A DNA stretch of 64,000 nt from contig JAUNBP010000001.1 in the NCBI GenBank assembly GCA_030526995.1, forward strand, positions 28,963 to 92,962. Reading direction: 5' to 3'. Origin of the DNA: Clostridia bacterium (GTDB taxonomy: Bacteria > Bacillota > Clostridia > Christensenellales > CAG-138). Positions 40,401 through 49,806 of this stretch are shown here, one piece after another (position 1 is the first letter of the stretch; every line of letters begins with the position of its first letter). The notes below the pieces were generated by a model. The model was not told where the DNA came from. It saw only the letters and a program-made list of their open reading frames with translations, and did no database searches. A program made the translations under genes and the position numbers.

Positions 40401-42663
40401 CTCTGGCGAGTTTTGCAGCACGTTGACGACTATCAGAGAATAGCAATACCTTGCGCCCTTCATTAGGAAGCCGATCAGGGTTGCCATCCTTTCCCGGTAC
40501 AGAGGGTTGCATTTGAAACTGTGACTTAATTAAGTTAAAGAAAGACTGGTTACCCCGAGTGCTAAACGAGGTAAGCTGCGATGTGGAAAGCTGATGCCTA
40601 CAATGCGGGCAGATCTGAAAGGTAATGATCTGTGGTCTTCCCTTTGCATAATAATTGCAGTAGTATAGCGTTCTAATCCACGGTTTACCCGCAACAGAGT
40701 CATCCGTAAAGTTGATAAAGCCACTCTTGACATCGAGATAACATGGCTTGATGGCGTTTTTTCTTTGCTTTTCAGGCAACTCAAAATCGTCAGTCGGGAT
40801 AAACAAATGTACTTCTTTCATCCTACGATCCATTAATTGACCGGGGTAGCGCCATAGATATACATTTCCATGTAGATCTGAGTTATCATCAAGAACATAG
40901 CCCTTGAAGAACAGTGCTCCGCAACGCCTGTCATTGTAAAGTTCATATACAACACTGCCGCAATGTGGACAAGTTAAGTTACCATCATGCAGATATATCT
41001 CACCTAAAGTGAGACCTCCTCCTGAATGAGAATGACTACAATCCGCATTGGCACAGGCATAGACTCCGAAAATGCCCTTGAAAAGCATATGCATGCGTGC
41101 AGGGAAAAGGACGGAACCCTTGGTGTTTTTTGCTAATGGTGCAATTGCCAGAAGAACACAAACTGCTTTTAGAGCATTTTCCGAACTTAGTCCCGGAAAA
41201 ATATCGGAAGACAGTTCGTCCAAAGATACTGCGTTTCCACGACAATACTTGATCAGTTCATGAAACGGACGATAATAGATAATATTTTTGTACATCCAGT
41301 TGTATATCTGTTCCAATGAATTGATACTTCGGTCAAAGTTTTCCACTTGGTGCCAGAACGACAAGAGAGCAGAAAGCTTTGATTCATCCTTGCCTTCAAA
41401 TTCAATAGGGTCCAAGCTTAATAGCAGTTCGACAGGTATATCATACTTCAACTGACCATCAAGAGACTCTCTTTCACCAGTGAGATAGCAAAACTGGGTT
41501 GCTGTGTCGGAAGCAGTAAGCTCATTTGCAAACTTCATTACAGAATCGACATCTTGTTGATTCTTGCTGGGCATACTTGCGGTAGTGAGTATAAATTGCA
41601 CTCGGTCACGAGCAATACTGAGTTTATGAAAAAGTCTGCGAATCAACAGTGCGACTTCACCACCTGAAGAGCCGCGGTACATATGTGCTTCATCAATAAC
41701 AAACAACAATTTGTTCTCGGTGTTTGAAGCAAGCCACTTGCGAGTATCGTTCCATATTTTTTGCTCTATGGGGCGCAAGAGCATGTATTCTAACATAGAA
41801 TAATTTGTGATGAGAATATCAGGGCAGAATTGTTGCATCTCAAAGCGAGTTATTAGCTCTGCATCATCCTCGTTTGGAACATGCCTGCTCGCGCGAAGCC
41901 CTTGCAAGAACTGGGTCATATCTTCTTTTGCAGGGAGCTTTCCTTCCTTGAGAAGGTGGCTAAAGAATTCTTTTTCGGAATTACTTTGTGGAAAAGACAT
42001 CCTTGCCAAGGTTTTTTCGAGTTTTCGGTCCTGCTCTGTGGAAGGTTGAGCTCCGGGATACGGAGTTCGTCCAGTATACATACCAAACTGGGGGCGACGA
42101 ACTTCATCACCGCAGGTGTTTCGAAAAACTTTTATAAACTTCTTATCTGAATCTCCCAACATCCTTCTAAGCCGGCTAACTTGATCTGAAACAAGAGCGT
42201 TCATTGGGTACATGATAATAGTGCGCACACCTCGTTTAGCCCATGATCCTTTCGAATTCCTTGCTTCAGCGGCCATCTTTGCAAGAAGTGGCCACATAAA
42301 GCACTCCGTTTTACCAGAACCAGTGCCGGTTGAGACAAATAGATTTTCTCCCCTGGTAGCAGCTTCAAGGGCAGATATCTGGTGTGCAAATGGAGATGCA
42401 AAAACTCCAATTCCGGCATCTGTCAACTTCAAAAAGTACTCTTTCATCCATGATTCCAAGGATGCTGTTTCTATGCCATTTTGTACTGCAACATATGCTG
42501 GTGATGATTCGATAAAGGGTTTCTGATAAAGCAGCCCCGCATCGTCAAGATGACTGCTTATTGCTGAAAGCAGTAGGGGAGATTTCCCGAAATATTGCGA
42601 TTTAATATAGTTCTCTAGCTCCGTCCGAAGCTGCTTATGAACAAAGTTTGCTCCATTTTGCAT
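37417..42663 (-). CDS. large DEAD/DEAH helicase with C-terminal DUF1998 (Druantia DruE-like)
   Basis: TGTGSGKTE, YPMNALVSDQ, ITNYSMLEYMLLRP, DEAH, FSDSRQ, EHTAQL, TTTMEVGIDIG, YQQRAGRAGRR, LYD..SGAGY...CDC..AC.KC; several CxxC pairs. Confidence 0.9.
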   Translation of the reverse strand: MQNGANFVHKQLRTELENYIKSQYFGKSPLLLSAISSHLDDAGLLYQKPFIESSPAYVAVQNGIETASLESWMKEYFLKLTDAGIGVFASPFAHQISALEAATRGENLFVSTGTGSGKTECFMWPLLAKMAAEARNSKGSWAKRGVRTIIMYPMNALVSDQVSRLRRMLGDSDKKFIKVFRNTCGDEVRRPQFGMYTGRTPYPGAQPSTEQDRKLEKTLARMSFPQSNSEKEFFSHLLKEGKLPAKEDMTQFLQGLRASRHVPNEDDAELITRFEMQQFCPDILITNYSMLEYMLLRPIEQKIWNDTRKWLASNTENKLLFVIDEAHMYRGSSGGEVALLIRRLFHKLSIARDRVQFILTTASMPSKNQQDVDSVMKFANELTASDTATQFCYLTGERESLDGQLKYDIPVELLLSLDPIEFEGKDESKLSALLSFWHQVENFDRSINSLEQIYNWMYKNIIYYRPFHELIKYCRGNAVSLDELSSDIFPGLSSENALKAVCVLLAIAPLAKNTKGSVLFPARMHMLFKGIFGVYACANADCSHSHSGGGLTLGEIYLHDGNLTCPHCGSVVYELYNDRRCGALFFKGYVLDDNSDLHGNVYLWRYPGQLMDRRMKEVHLFIPTDDFELPEKQRKNAIKPCYLDVKSGFINFTDDSVAGKPWIRTLYYCNYYAKGRPQIITFQICPHCRHQLSTSQLTSFSTRGNQSFFNLIKSQFQMQPSVPGKDGNPDRLPNEGRKVLLFSDSRQRAAKLARDMSDASDISVARQLFAIALKTMEEQPVEHSMNSLYDYFCLAAGQRHVQMFHSSERTKFAEDCASALKNYSRCVRRGGSYSPRFTIANAPVQMQEYLLRLYSGGYNTLYDSATSWIEPTDQALFDAIDALNENNVTVTNEEFVNFFNAWMLSICDTSTAIGHTISDTVRLKVRPSYGGYGLDNNWRFSKVIRKIMGWDNESETEMAWKRVLKEAFLDLAQPDNGRLYVDLSRVKARFDASHIWYKCEKCSELTPFLLKGNCPSCGSNRIHEMNSDDYEALSFWRNPVSDALRGEPIHVIDTEEHTAQLSHKDQRDDLWSKTEQYELRFQDLVQDGETPVDILSSTTTMEVGIDIGSLVAVGMRNIPPMRENYQQRAGRAGRRGSSLSTIITFCEDGPHDALYFNDPIPMFRGDPRKPWIDVRSEKLLQRHLAMVILQEFLSEKHMSLDTISAADFLKYFLDDFKKYIASYIVEKDHLLLPIEAVFHYSAFESDLRESFDALKEKFQDHPELFGADELSIGGNAKVLLDALYEEGIIPTYSFPKNVVSIYIPDMNGKILYKVDRGLDVAIGEYAPGRAIVVDKQTYQIGGFHYPGSEYRYGQSLTPARAYTEDPNYVKQVVTCAECGWFDLMEENTKYCPFCGNSNLEITREMMRPWGFAPRNAESIPDVQLSEEYTAVQQPLYSTLPDAREMKLIPGCRNIRLASRTNQRIIMLNKGSNDKGFMVCKDCGAAMPGNDISVLNDINRPYKSKYARGKCRHSNSFNVNLGYDFITDMIVLEFTIDSKIIDANRNNNPWLDRAAQSLAEALRLVASKKLDVEFTELVTGYRLRTGVDASYVDIYLYDSLSSGAGYAVSVADAIVELLTDMRKLLSSCDCGSACSKCLKHYRNQYVHGRLDRFAALQLLEWGLDGQKTPPIRTEEQINMIMPLANILGQSGCEVTADDEISVTGRRGTKKVVIYPAMWVEPHAANTIFVSDAYLKYAKPYAVQKILDTV

Positions 42664-43682
42664 CAGAACTGTCCTCCTTCAAATTGATAGCCCTCATCAG
42701 AGAGAATCTTTTTTATGGATGTGAAGACTTCGGTTGAGAGTTTTCGCCTAAAGTCATGCGGGAGTGAAGTGCATTTCTCGGGCCAGCTGTAAAGTTTCAA
42801 AAACTCAAGTTCTCGTGGTGGAAGCAAATAATTTATGCGTATATGGACTAATGACTCATCCTCAGAGTATCTTATCGGTGGCAATGTTCCATAGGCGGAG
42901 AGGCAGGCACATGAAAGTGTTCTATAATTACGAGATTCAACCTGCCACTGTGGAAGAGGACTAACTTCTATCATAGCGTCAATATAACGATAAAGATAGT
43001 AAAGTTGCAAACCTGTCATACCGGTCCGAAGAATCGAAACGGTGCCGGTCATATCTGGTTTGTTTATCCAGTACCCTTCAGAGTAAGGCGGTTTTAAACG
43101 CAGGTACTCTGTGCCATATTCAAATGATGGCCTGGACTCCCAAGAAGCAGAGGATAGTATTGTATGCCATATCGCTTGTAGATTCTCTTGTTCAAGACCG
43201 AACATCGTTTTTATCCTACTTAGGTTCACTCTCGGACTCGTTGCTTCATCATATTTGGAATAAAAACCAATACCAGATACGCAGGAGATACTATCTAAAG
43301 GAATTCCTCTTTGAAACAGAATGCCATCAAACGGTTCTTCATGTTTTACTGAAGGGGCTATCCTATTGGGCCGATGGTAAACCACTCCCATGCTTAAAAA
43401 TTGGTTTGCAATCTCATCTTCAAGTTCATTGGAGGCATATGGCAAGCTCTCGGATAGTTCTGGGTACATTGATTTATAATTTGCAAGCATGCTGTGGATT
43501 CTTCTTTTTAAGTGCACAATGGAAACAGGCTCCTCCGAGTCATCCCAAAGTGAAGCATAGGCCATCATTCCGCAGATGCTATAAATCAAACGTGTTTTCC
43601 ATTCATTCTCAGTTTCTTGTTTGCCTTTAAGAATGTTATATCGATGCGATACTGTTGAAAGCAACCCGCTATATTTGTTCAT
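42663..43682 (-). CDS. hypothetical protein, DruD-like position
   Basis: 339 aa; start and stop overlap both neighbours; directly upstream of the helicase. Confidence 0.7.
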   Translation of the reverse strand: MNKYSGLLSTVSHRYNILKGKQETENEWKTRLIYSICGMMAYASLWDDSEEPVSIVHLKRRIHSMLANYKSMYPELSESLPYASNELEDEIANQFLSMGVVYHRPNRIAPSVKHEEPFDGILFQRGIPLDSISCVSGIGFYSKYDEATSPRVNLSRIKTMFGLEQENLQAIWHTILSSASWESRPSFEYGTEYLRLKPPYSEGYWINKPDMTGTVSILRTGMTGLQLYYLYRYIDAMIEVSPLPQWQVESRNYRTLSCACLSAYGTLPPIRYSEDESLVHIRINYLLPPRELEFLKLYSWPEKCTSLPHDFRRKLSTEVFTSIKKILSDEGYQFEGGQF

Positions 43683-46433
43683 TATACATCTCCTAATATC
43701 TGTTGAATGTTGCGCTTTAGGCTTGCAGAAATTGCTTTCTGTGAGTCAGCGATTGCTTCTTTGAGCTCGTCAATTGCCAGGGATGCACAAGCAATAGGGA
43801 GAATTGCAAATAAGAATTCTTCATCCGTTGTTGTGACAGAATAAATACCATGCATCGTACCAACAAGGCGGTTGATTCGGTTTTTAACCAAAGAACTCAA
43901 TGCAAATTTTGAAAGGATTTTTAATTCTTTACGCGCATCCTTTGGGGGGGGAGTATGGACTGAAGTCATCGGCAAAGTAACCTCCGTAGTATTTGCCGAC
44001 AGCTTTTTTATCCACAAAAAACTCTGTAAACAATGGCAAAATAAATCCATACAGGCTTTTGGGCTCAACTTGAATATCTTCTGCAAACGGATGGGTGGCA
44101 AGATAGAAAATGTCTTCATGAGAAAGGATGTCCGGGAGTCTATTCATCCAACTACTTGAAAAAAGATTTTTGATTATCACGATATCTTCGCCATTCGCAC
44201 CGATTTCCGTGATTATGTGATTGGCGAAACTACCCTCACAGCAGAGCAACCCGTATTTACGAGCAGAGATGGCTGCGCTAAACGCTTGAACTATATCGGT
44301 TGCGTTAGGACCAATAAGTAAGATTGGCTGTTTTTCAATGTATGCGGCACAGAGGAAAGCGGCTAACCCACCTTTGTATTGTTCTGCAACGCCGGCTTCT
44401 CCCAGTTCAAATGCAGCAGTATTAATTGCGTCCGCCCAGCAGTGATGAGCATCAAGGTCATTGAGGTCCTCAAATGCAGAATATGTGTGATATGTAGTAA
44501 TTGCGTTTTCGTATGGAGCGGCAACAGGAACCTTTGCGACTGCAGCGTTCCCCTGTTGTCCACTAACAAATGCCATATTCGCAATGAAATCCGCCGCATT
44601 TTCTTGTGCCTTTCGGATTCTCTCGGCAACTGCTTTTTCAACATTCTCAGCCAGTTTTTCTTTTTCGGCAATAATATCGGCAAGGCGCTCTTCCTCCGAT
44701 TTTGTTCTATTAAGAGTTTCTCGCACTTCAGTTAAGCTGGCAGTAGTAGATTTTAGTTCCGCATTAAGTGTGTTTAGTTCTTCTTGGGCTTTGGCTAGTA
44801 GACTCTTGTTCTTTGATTCCCAATCTGTGCGAACAAGGGTCTTTGTTTTTTCTTGGAGTTCAGTGCTTGCAGAAATGGCAGAGAGCAGTACTTTGTCTTC
44901 TAAGCTATCTCCATCAATGTATCTCCAGACCTCATTTAAGAATTTATCAAGTAATTCTTTAGCAGCAGGGGCGGAGCAGTGTACTTCTGTCTGAATCCGG
45001 CATATTATGTCGTTAATCGGAATTGCTCCGAGAAAATCCTTGAAGGTTTTGTACATGGTGCGAGTCAGTCCCCTTGTTTTGTATGTGGACCAGGAAATTG
45101 AAGAGAGAACAATATCCTTTACAAGATCAAGAGGGCTTTTTATACAATAAATCATGCTCGGAATGCCGGCAAATGCGTTCTTATAAAAAGAGGGTCAGTT
45201 GTCTAAACGCAAAATATCGTTATCAACGAATTCATATATCGGGGCTACATTACAATCCTCAGCAAAGGTTGTCTTTCCGTTAATAGTGTTGATCCCCTTG
45301 GCATTGAGCAGGACTCCCATATACTGTCCATTGGAAACATAAAGTGAGAACATGATTTTACGACTATGAGGTTTAAATTCAACCCCAAACTTTAACATCT
45401 TAATCAGTTCATCAAGATTTGACGTCTCAGTTATGATGACAACCTCAATGGCATCAATAGCCGAATTGAATTGGGATGAAATGTAATCCTTGGAAGAATC
45501 ATTAATGTTCGGAACTGCGGACCAATTCCAGATGCCATAGAAACCATTCTCGCAAGGTCCATCCTTGTAAAAAAGATTCTCTCGATTTACAAAGTATGGC
45601 GGAACATCTTTGCTTTTGCGAAAAATTTGATAGTGTCCATTGTGGTTCAAATCAGCATAGCGTACAAGGCGTTTCTGACCATTGATCAATTTAAAGCCAC
45701 ATAAAGAAATGATCTCATCGCCGTCAACAGAGGGCAGAACAGAAGAATCTGTATCGTCAAATAGTGCGATATATTCAGGATTGTCACTTCTTACAGCAGA
45801 AGGAATTGCCTGCAATTCAGCAATTCTCTCTTGAGCTTCGATCAATGATGCTTCTAAGTTAATTTTATCCTGCTCAATTTTCAAGATTTTTTGTTCATAT
45901 TCCTCCTTTATAGCATAGATACTCTGCTGCATAGCTTCGATTTGAGTTAACAATAGGAGTTTTTCATCTTCAATAGACCTAATGTCGTCAGCCGCTTTGG
46001 GACTCCTTGTGCGCTCAGATTTGATGCACTCCATTTCACTGCATAGCTTAGAGTACGCATCTGCATCCATAGACTGTCCCACAAGCTTAAGATACAAGTC
46101 AACATTATTGACGAAGAAAGAGTCAAGCAAGGTCGTTGCAAGAGCGATGTCATGAAGTGCGCCTTCGCTTTCAAGCTTATTTATATTTTCCTTAATTTCC
46201 TTGATCCAGGCATCCACACTTTTGTTGATATATGTTGAGATAAAGGGGCTGTCAACATTGGATATAGCAGTTGACAGGGCAAGCTCCTCAGACATTGCTT
46301 TGACGCTGAATCCTTTATTAATTTTCAATAACTCTAGTTCCTCTTTCATAAACAGTTCTTTGAAAGCCCTACCGGTAATAATCCCGCAGATAATTGATTT
46401 TTCTTCCAAGGTAAGAGACTCAACGTAATTCAT
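43682..46433 (-). pseudogene. ~916-aa coiled-coil protein broken by an in-frame TGA and a +1 frameshift (DruC-like position)
   Basis: The 412-aa and 408-aa ORFs are in frame across one TGA at 45195-45197; removing one base from the G8 run at 43944-43951 joins the frame ending at 43682. Confidence 0.75.
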
Positions 46434-48004
46434 GATATATCTCCTTGTCTATTTATTTTAATGCTGAGATAGGCATCCTGCAATCTGCGATAAGATTGCT
46501 CATTGATGGAGCCAAACCTGATGCATTTTCGTATCCATTTGCATATTCGAGGATAGTGATTTAGGCCTGTCAATATATTTCGAAGAGAGTGGGGAGCTGG
46601 AATTAGTGCCCCGGATACATTTGTGATTCTTTTTAAAAGATTGATTTCATCATTTATAATGGCGGCACGTTGCCTTTTGAAATAGACTTGCCAAATGATA
46701 TCAAGACCAATGGCAACTTGAACACTTAAGCCATAGGTTATTCCATCTAATTCAATAAATTTATCTGCAGGAATTTTCCGCTTATCCAGAATGTGGTTAT
46801 TATAGGAGATAATGAGCTGGCCATCAAATGATGATCTAAAACGAAGAGTTCTGTTTTGTGGTAAGATTTCGGCCTCTCCCGAAATGACCTCGAAACCAGC
46901 ACGGTCGGTCACTGAAACTTCTGGATCTGGAGCCTCTCGGTTAAGAGGCTCTTTCCAGAAATAAGCATATTGTAATGCTTGAGTACGCCCCACGGATATT
47001 AGCTGCTGCCTGCCGTAACAGAGCACCTCATATAATTTCGATCGTGATGAATTGCAACTCAGTTCACGAACTGTCACAGAGGGGAATGTTTTAACCGCCG
47101 CTATATTGCCTTCAACAAGCATATATACTTTGTCATGATTGTGCTTTATTATGTAACTGCCTTCGACAAATAAAGGCCATATCGGTTGTAATGTGACAGG
47201 GTGATCCGTCAAGCGACAATGGAAGTTAAGATAGAATCGGGCTGCATCTTCATTAAATGCCGATGCAGAAACTACATAAAGGATCCAAGATTCCCAACCA
47301 AATTGCTTTCGAGTGACTTCTTGAATCTGGATGCACCCATATGATCTCATGGGAAAATAGTCACGTTTTAGTAAATAATATTCTTTTCCAATCTCGACAT
47401 CGGCATCGTATGTGAGTTTATTACCGGAAATCTTCTCGAACAATGTACCTTTCGGATCAATGCCTTTAATTTCTTCTGGCCAGAATTCGTGTAATTTATT
47501 GTTTCCGTTTTGGAAGCTGAGAGTATATTTGTCAAATGGCTTTTCGCCGATAGGAAGATATGTGATGCTGTCATAATTTAGCCGCTCTTTAGCGAATATA
47601 TAGGATGTATCCGACGCTCCCTTTGGCTTGATTTCTATGCGAAGATTCTTGCTGAGCAGACTTATTGGAACTCGAATTAGACCGATTTCTAATCTGAAAG
47701 AAGATGAAGATACGCCTGTAATACGGATTGGTAAATCGTGTTCTTGAGAACCGTAAGAGACAGAGTAACCGGCTCCGAATGTACGCTCAGGACAATCCTT
47801 GCTTTTTTCATGGGCGCTGTGTTTGAAGTAACGCATCCTAATATCACCATTGGTGAGGATGACATACTGACCACAAAGTTCACACATAAACAGACCGCTA
47901 TGCGCAGAGACTGTTCCACCTGGATGCAATTTGGCAGCTTGCTCGGCTGTAATACGCTTCCAGCCATTTTCCGACCACATACAGACATGCGTTAGTGACG
48001 CCAT
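46430..48004 (-). CDS. hypothetical protein with N-terminal CxxC...H...C zinc motif, DruB-like position
   Basis: 524 aa; FMCELCG...YFKH...CPE; AGGAGG RBS; ATGA overlap with the next gene. Confidence 0.75.
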   Translation of the reverse strand: MASLTHVCMWSENGWKRITAEQAAKLHPGGTVSAHSGLFMCELCGQYVILTNGDIRMRYFKHSAHEKSKDCPERTFGAGYSVSYGSQEHDLPIRITGVSSSSFRLEIGLIRVPISLLSKNLRIEIKPKGASDTSYIFAKERLNYDSITYLPIGEKPFDKYTLSFQNGNNKLHEFWPEEIKGIDPKGTLFEKISGNKLTYDADVEIGKEYYLLKRDYFPMRSYGCIQIQEVTRKQFGWESWILYVVSASAFNEDAARFYLNFHCRLTDHPVTLQPIWPLFVEGSYIIKHNHDKVYMLVEGNIAAVKTFPSVTVRELSCNSSRSKLYEVLCYGRQQLISVGRTQALQYAYFWKEPLNREAPDPEVSVTDRAGFEVISGEAEILPQNRTLRFRSSFDGQLIISYNNHILDKRKIPADKFIELDGITYGLSVQVAIGLDIIWQVYFKRQRAAIINDEINLLKRITNVSGALIPAPHSLRNILTGLNHYPRICKWIRKCIRFGSINEQSYRRLQDAYLSIKINRQGDIS

Positions 48005-48109
48005 ATCTACTCCTCCTTATGAGGCTTCTTTTTTTCGAGCTCCACAAATTTTTCTCGTTTGAGCCTTTTCAATTTCAAGTTCTGCAGGCGAAGCACTTAA
48101 GGGGAAGGC

Positions 48110-48217
48110 CTACTGAAGTAAATGGTTTAGTGAACAATAATTCATCGTTGCTAATATCGTATTTTTAATTATCATACAGATAAGCATCTTTCGGAGTCGA
48201 TTGTATTGACCCGCCAT
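48110..48217 (-). pseudogene. remnant of a Cro/C1 HTH regulator
   Basis: GGGAGG RBS then MAGQYNRLRKMLI, like MAxxYxKLWKLLID regulators; stops after 35 aa. Confidence 0.45.
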
Positions 48218-48286
48218 GGTATAGCCTCCCAAGTGATTCTGCTCACATATCAATATCATTGTATCACGAGTTTCGGATTAAATCTA

Positions 48287-48390
48287 CTCTTTTCGACAAA
48301 ATTATGGATAATGTTATTTCCAACCCACTCCGAAGCCGTAAATTTGCTTAAAAAACCTCATTTTAGACCGCAAAAAAGTGTCCCAAACAA
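48287..48390 (+). repeat. 104-bp direct repeat, copy 1
   Basis: CTCTTTTCGACAAAA...AACCCACTCCGAAGCCGTAAATTTGCTTAAAAAA...CCTCATTTTAGACCGCAAAAAAGTGTCCCAAACAA; near-identical to 57035-57138. Confidence 0.93.
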
Positions 48391-48708
48391 TCCCTCAGCT
48401 TCGCAAAAAAGATGCACTTTGGGTTATACAAACAAACCTTGTATGATTTGAGATACAAGGTCTGTTCTGATTCAAAGCTATCTGTGAAGACTGCGCACCT
48501 TTATCTGATCAAATATGTGATATCTTAAAGTATTACCGAGAAGACGGCGGTCATGTATAATGATTACAATAGATTGAGGATTATTCCTAAAGCTCAGCTC
48601 AGGGAGATAGTTGAGCTGAAAAGAAAACCCAACAATATAATTCTAAAAAGAAGCAAGTATCCTTCGGAATTAAAGCAGTTGGCACATATTATATAAACGA
48701 AGATACTT

Positions 48709-49806
48709 TTATCCTTCAACCGGAAAGGCTGTTATTATCTTAACAACAAACCTCAAGATGCATGCAGCATCAGATGAACTAATGTCTCCTCCATCGACAT
48801 TCCCTCTATAAACCTGTTCCTCCGAGAGCGTTTTTAAGTGAACAATATGCCTCAAAACCTCAGCAGCATCGGCGGAAGTGACTTCTTTATCCATGTTTAC
48901 ATCTCCGAAGAGAATCAAACTTTCAAGTATAAACGACTTCTCATCGGTATAATCATTGTCAAGGAAAGACACTGTTGCAGTATAGCGAATCTCACCGTTT
49001 TGCGTATATGTCGGAGGCACTGATGTGCAGGACACTTCAGCTTCAACCCTATGAATGTGTGTTGAATCGTTTTCGCATATAAATATGGCTTCTACATCAT
49101 AGCCGATATCCGTTTCCTCCCATAGCCATTCCGGCCCTAAAAAGCTGTGCCCCAAAGCTTCTATAATTTGCTGCTCGACAATGAAAACATTACAAATTGG
49201 GCAAAAAAGTCCTTCGGTTAGACCCGAGCAAGTGCATGTTGCATCAACTGCATCCACAACGGTAAGACTGTCTATTTGCAGTCCTCCATCTTCGAAAGTA
49301 ATATTTAGTGGCGAGTATTCTTCATTGGTAAACACCATAGATTCCGTTGTATCGATTGCTATCGACGCAAAGCCCTCCGACGACTCTTTTGTTCTAAACG
49401 ACATGGTGAGTATACTTCCGGCATCTCTAATAGGTTCTACTATTGTCTCCCAACTAACATAAACATAGCCTGCTATATTCGTGTTGATTGTTAGTCCCCC
49501 TAATCCATTCATAGCACTTCCAGATGTCGCAGACTCAAGTTCAAGCCGTGTAGAATCATAAGCGATGGCAAACTGCATAACATAAATATTGGCATTCGCT
49601 CCAATGGTTGCATCAATTACATAACTTGTGTCAGGATGAGCGTGACTCACCGTTGTTACAGCCAAGCACATAGTTTCTGTCGCCGTCGCAGATTTTATCG
49701 GAAATGCCGCAGACACCAGGAGCACAAGGACAAACGCCCATGCCTTGCACTTAATTGTCAGCATTCTGCAGCATTTCCGTTGTGCTTTATTTCCCTTGTA
49801 CTTCAT
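48709..49806 (-). CDS. secreted cohesin plus dockerin adaptor protein
   Basis: Signal peptide; cohesin-like MQFAIAYDSTRLEL...GSILTMSF; Cys/His repeat (ATCT..G.TEG..C..C...ALGH); dockerin GDVNMDKEVTSADA / DISSSDAACILR. Confidence 0.82.
   Translation of the reverse strand: MKYKGNKAQRKCCRMLTIKCKAWAFVLVLLVSAAFPIKSATATETMCLAVTTVSHAHPDTSYVIDATIGANANIYVMQFAIAYDSTRLELESATSGSAMNGLGGLTINTNIAGYVYVSWETIVEPIRDAGSILTMSFRTKESSEGFASIAIDTTESMVFTNEEYSPLNITFEDGGLQIDSLTVVDAVDATCTCSGLTEGLFCPICNVFIVEQQIIEALGHSFLGPEWLWEETDIGYDVEAIFICENDSTHIHRVEAEVSCTSVPPTYTQNGEIRYTATVSFLDNDYTDEKSFILESLILFGDVNMDKEVTSADAAEVLRHIVHLKTLSEEQVYRGNVDGGDISSSDAACILRFVVKIITAFPVEG

Noticed and set aside
37417-42663. DISARM DrmA/DrmB or Dpd assignment of the helicase
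   Set aside because: Helicase and DUF1998 are fused in one 1748-aa chain, and no methylase, PLD or dpd genes are adjacent; a DruE-like call fits better
45195-45197. Selenocysteine or programmed read-through at the in-frame TGA
   Set aside because: No convincing SECIS-like hairpin or redox motif; a second lesion in the same gene favours mutation
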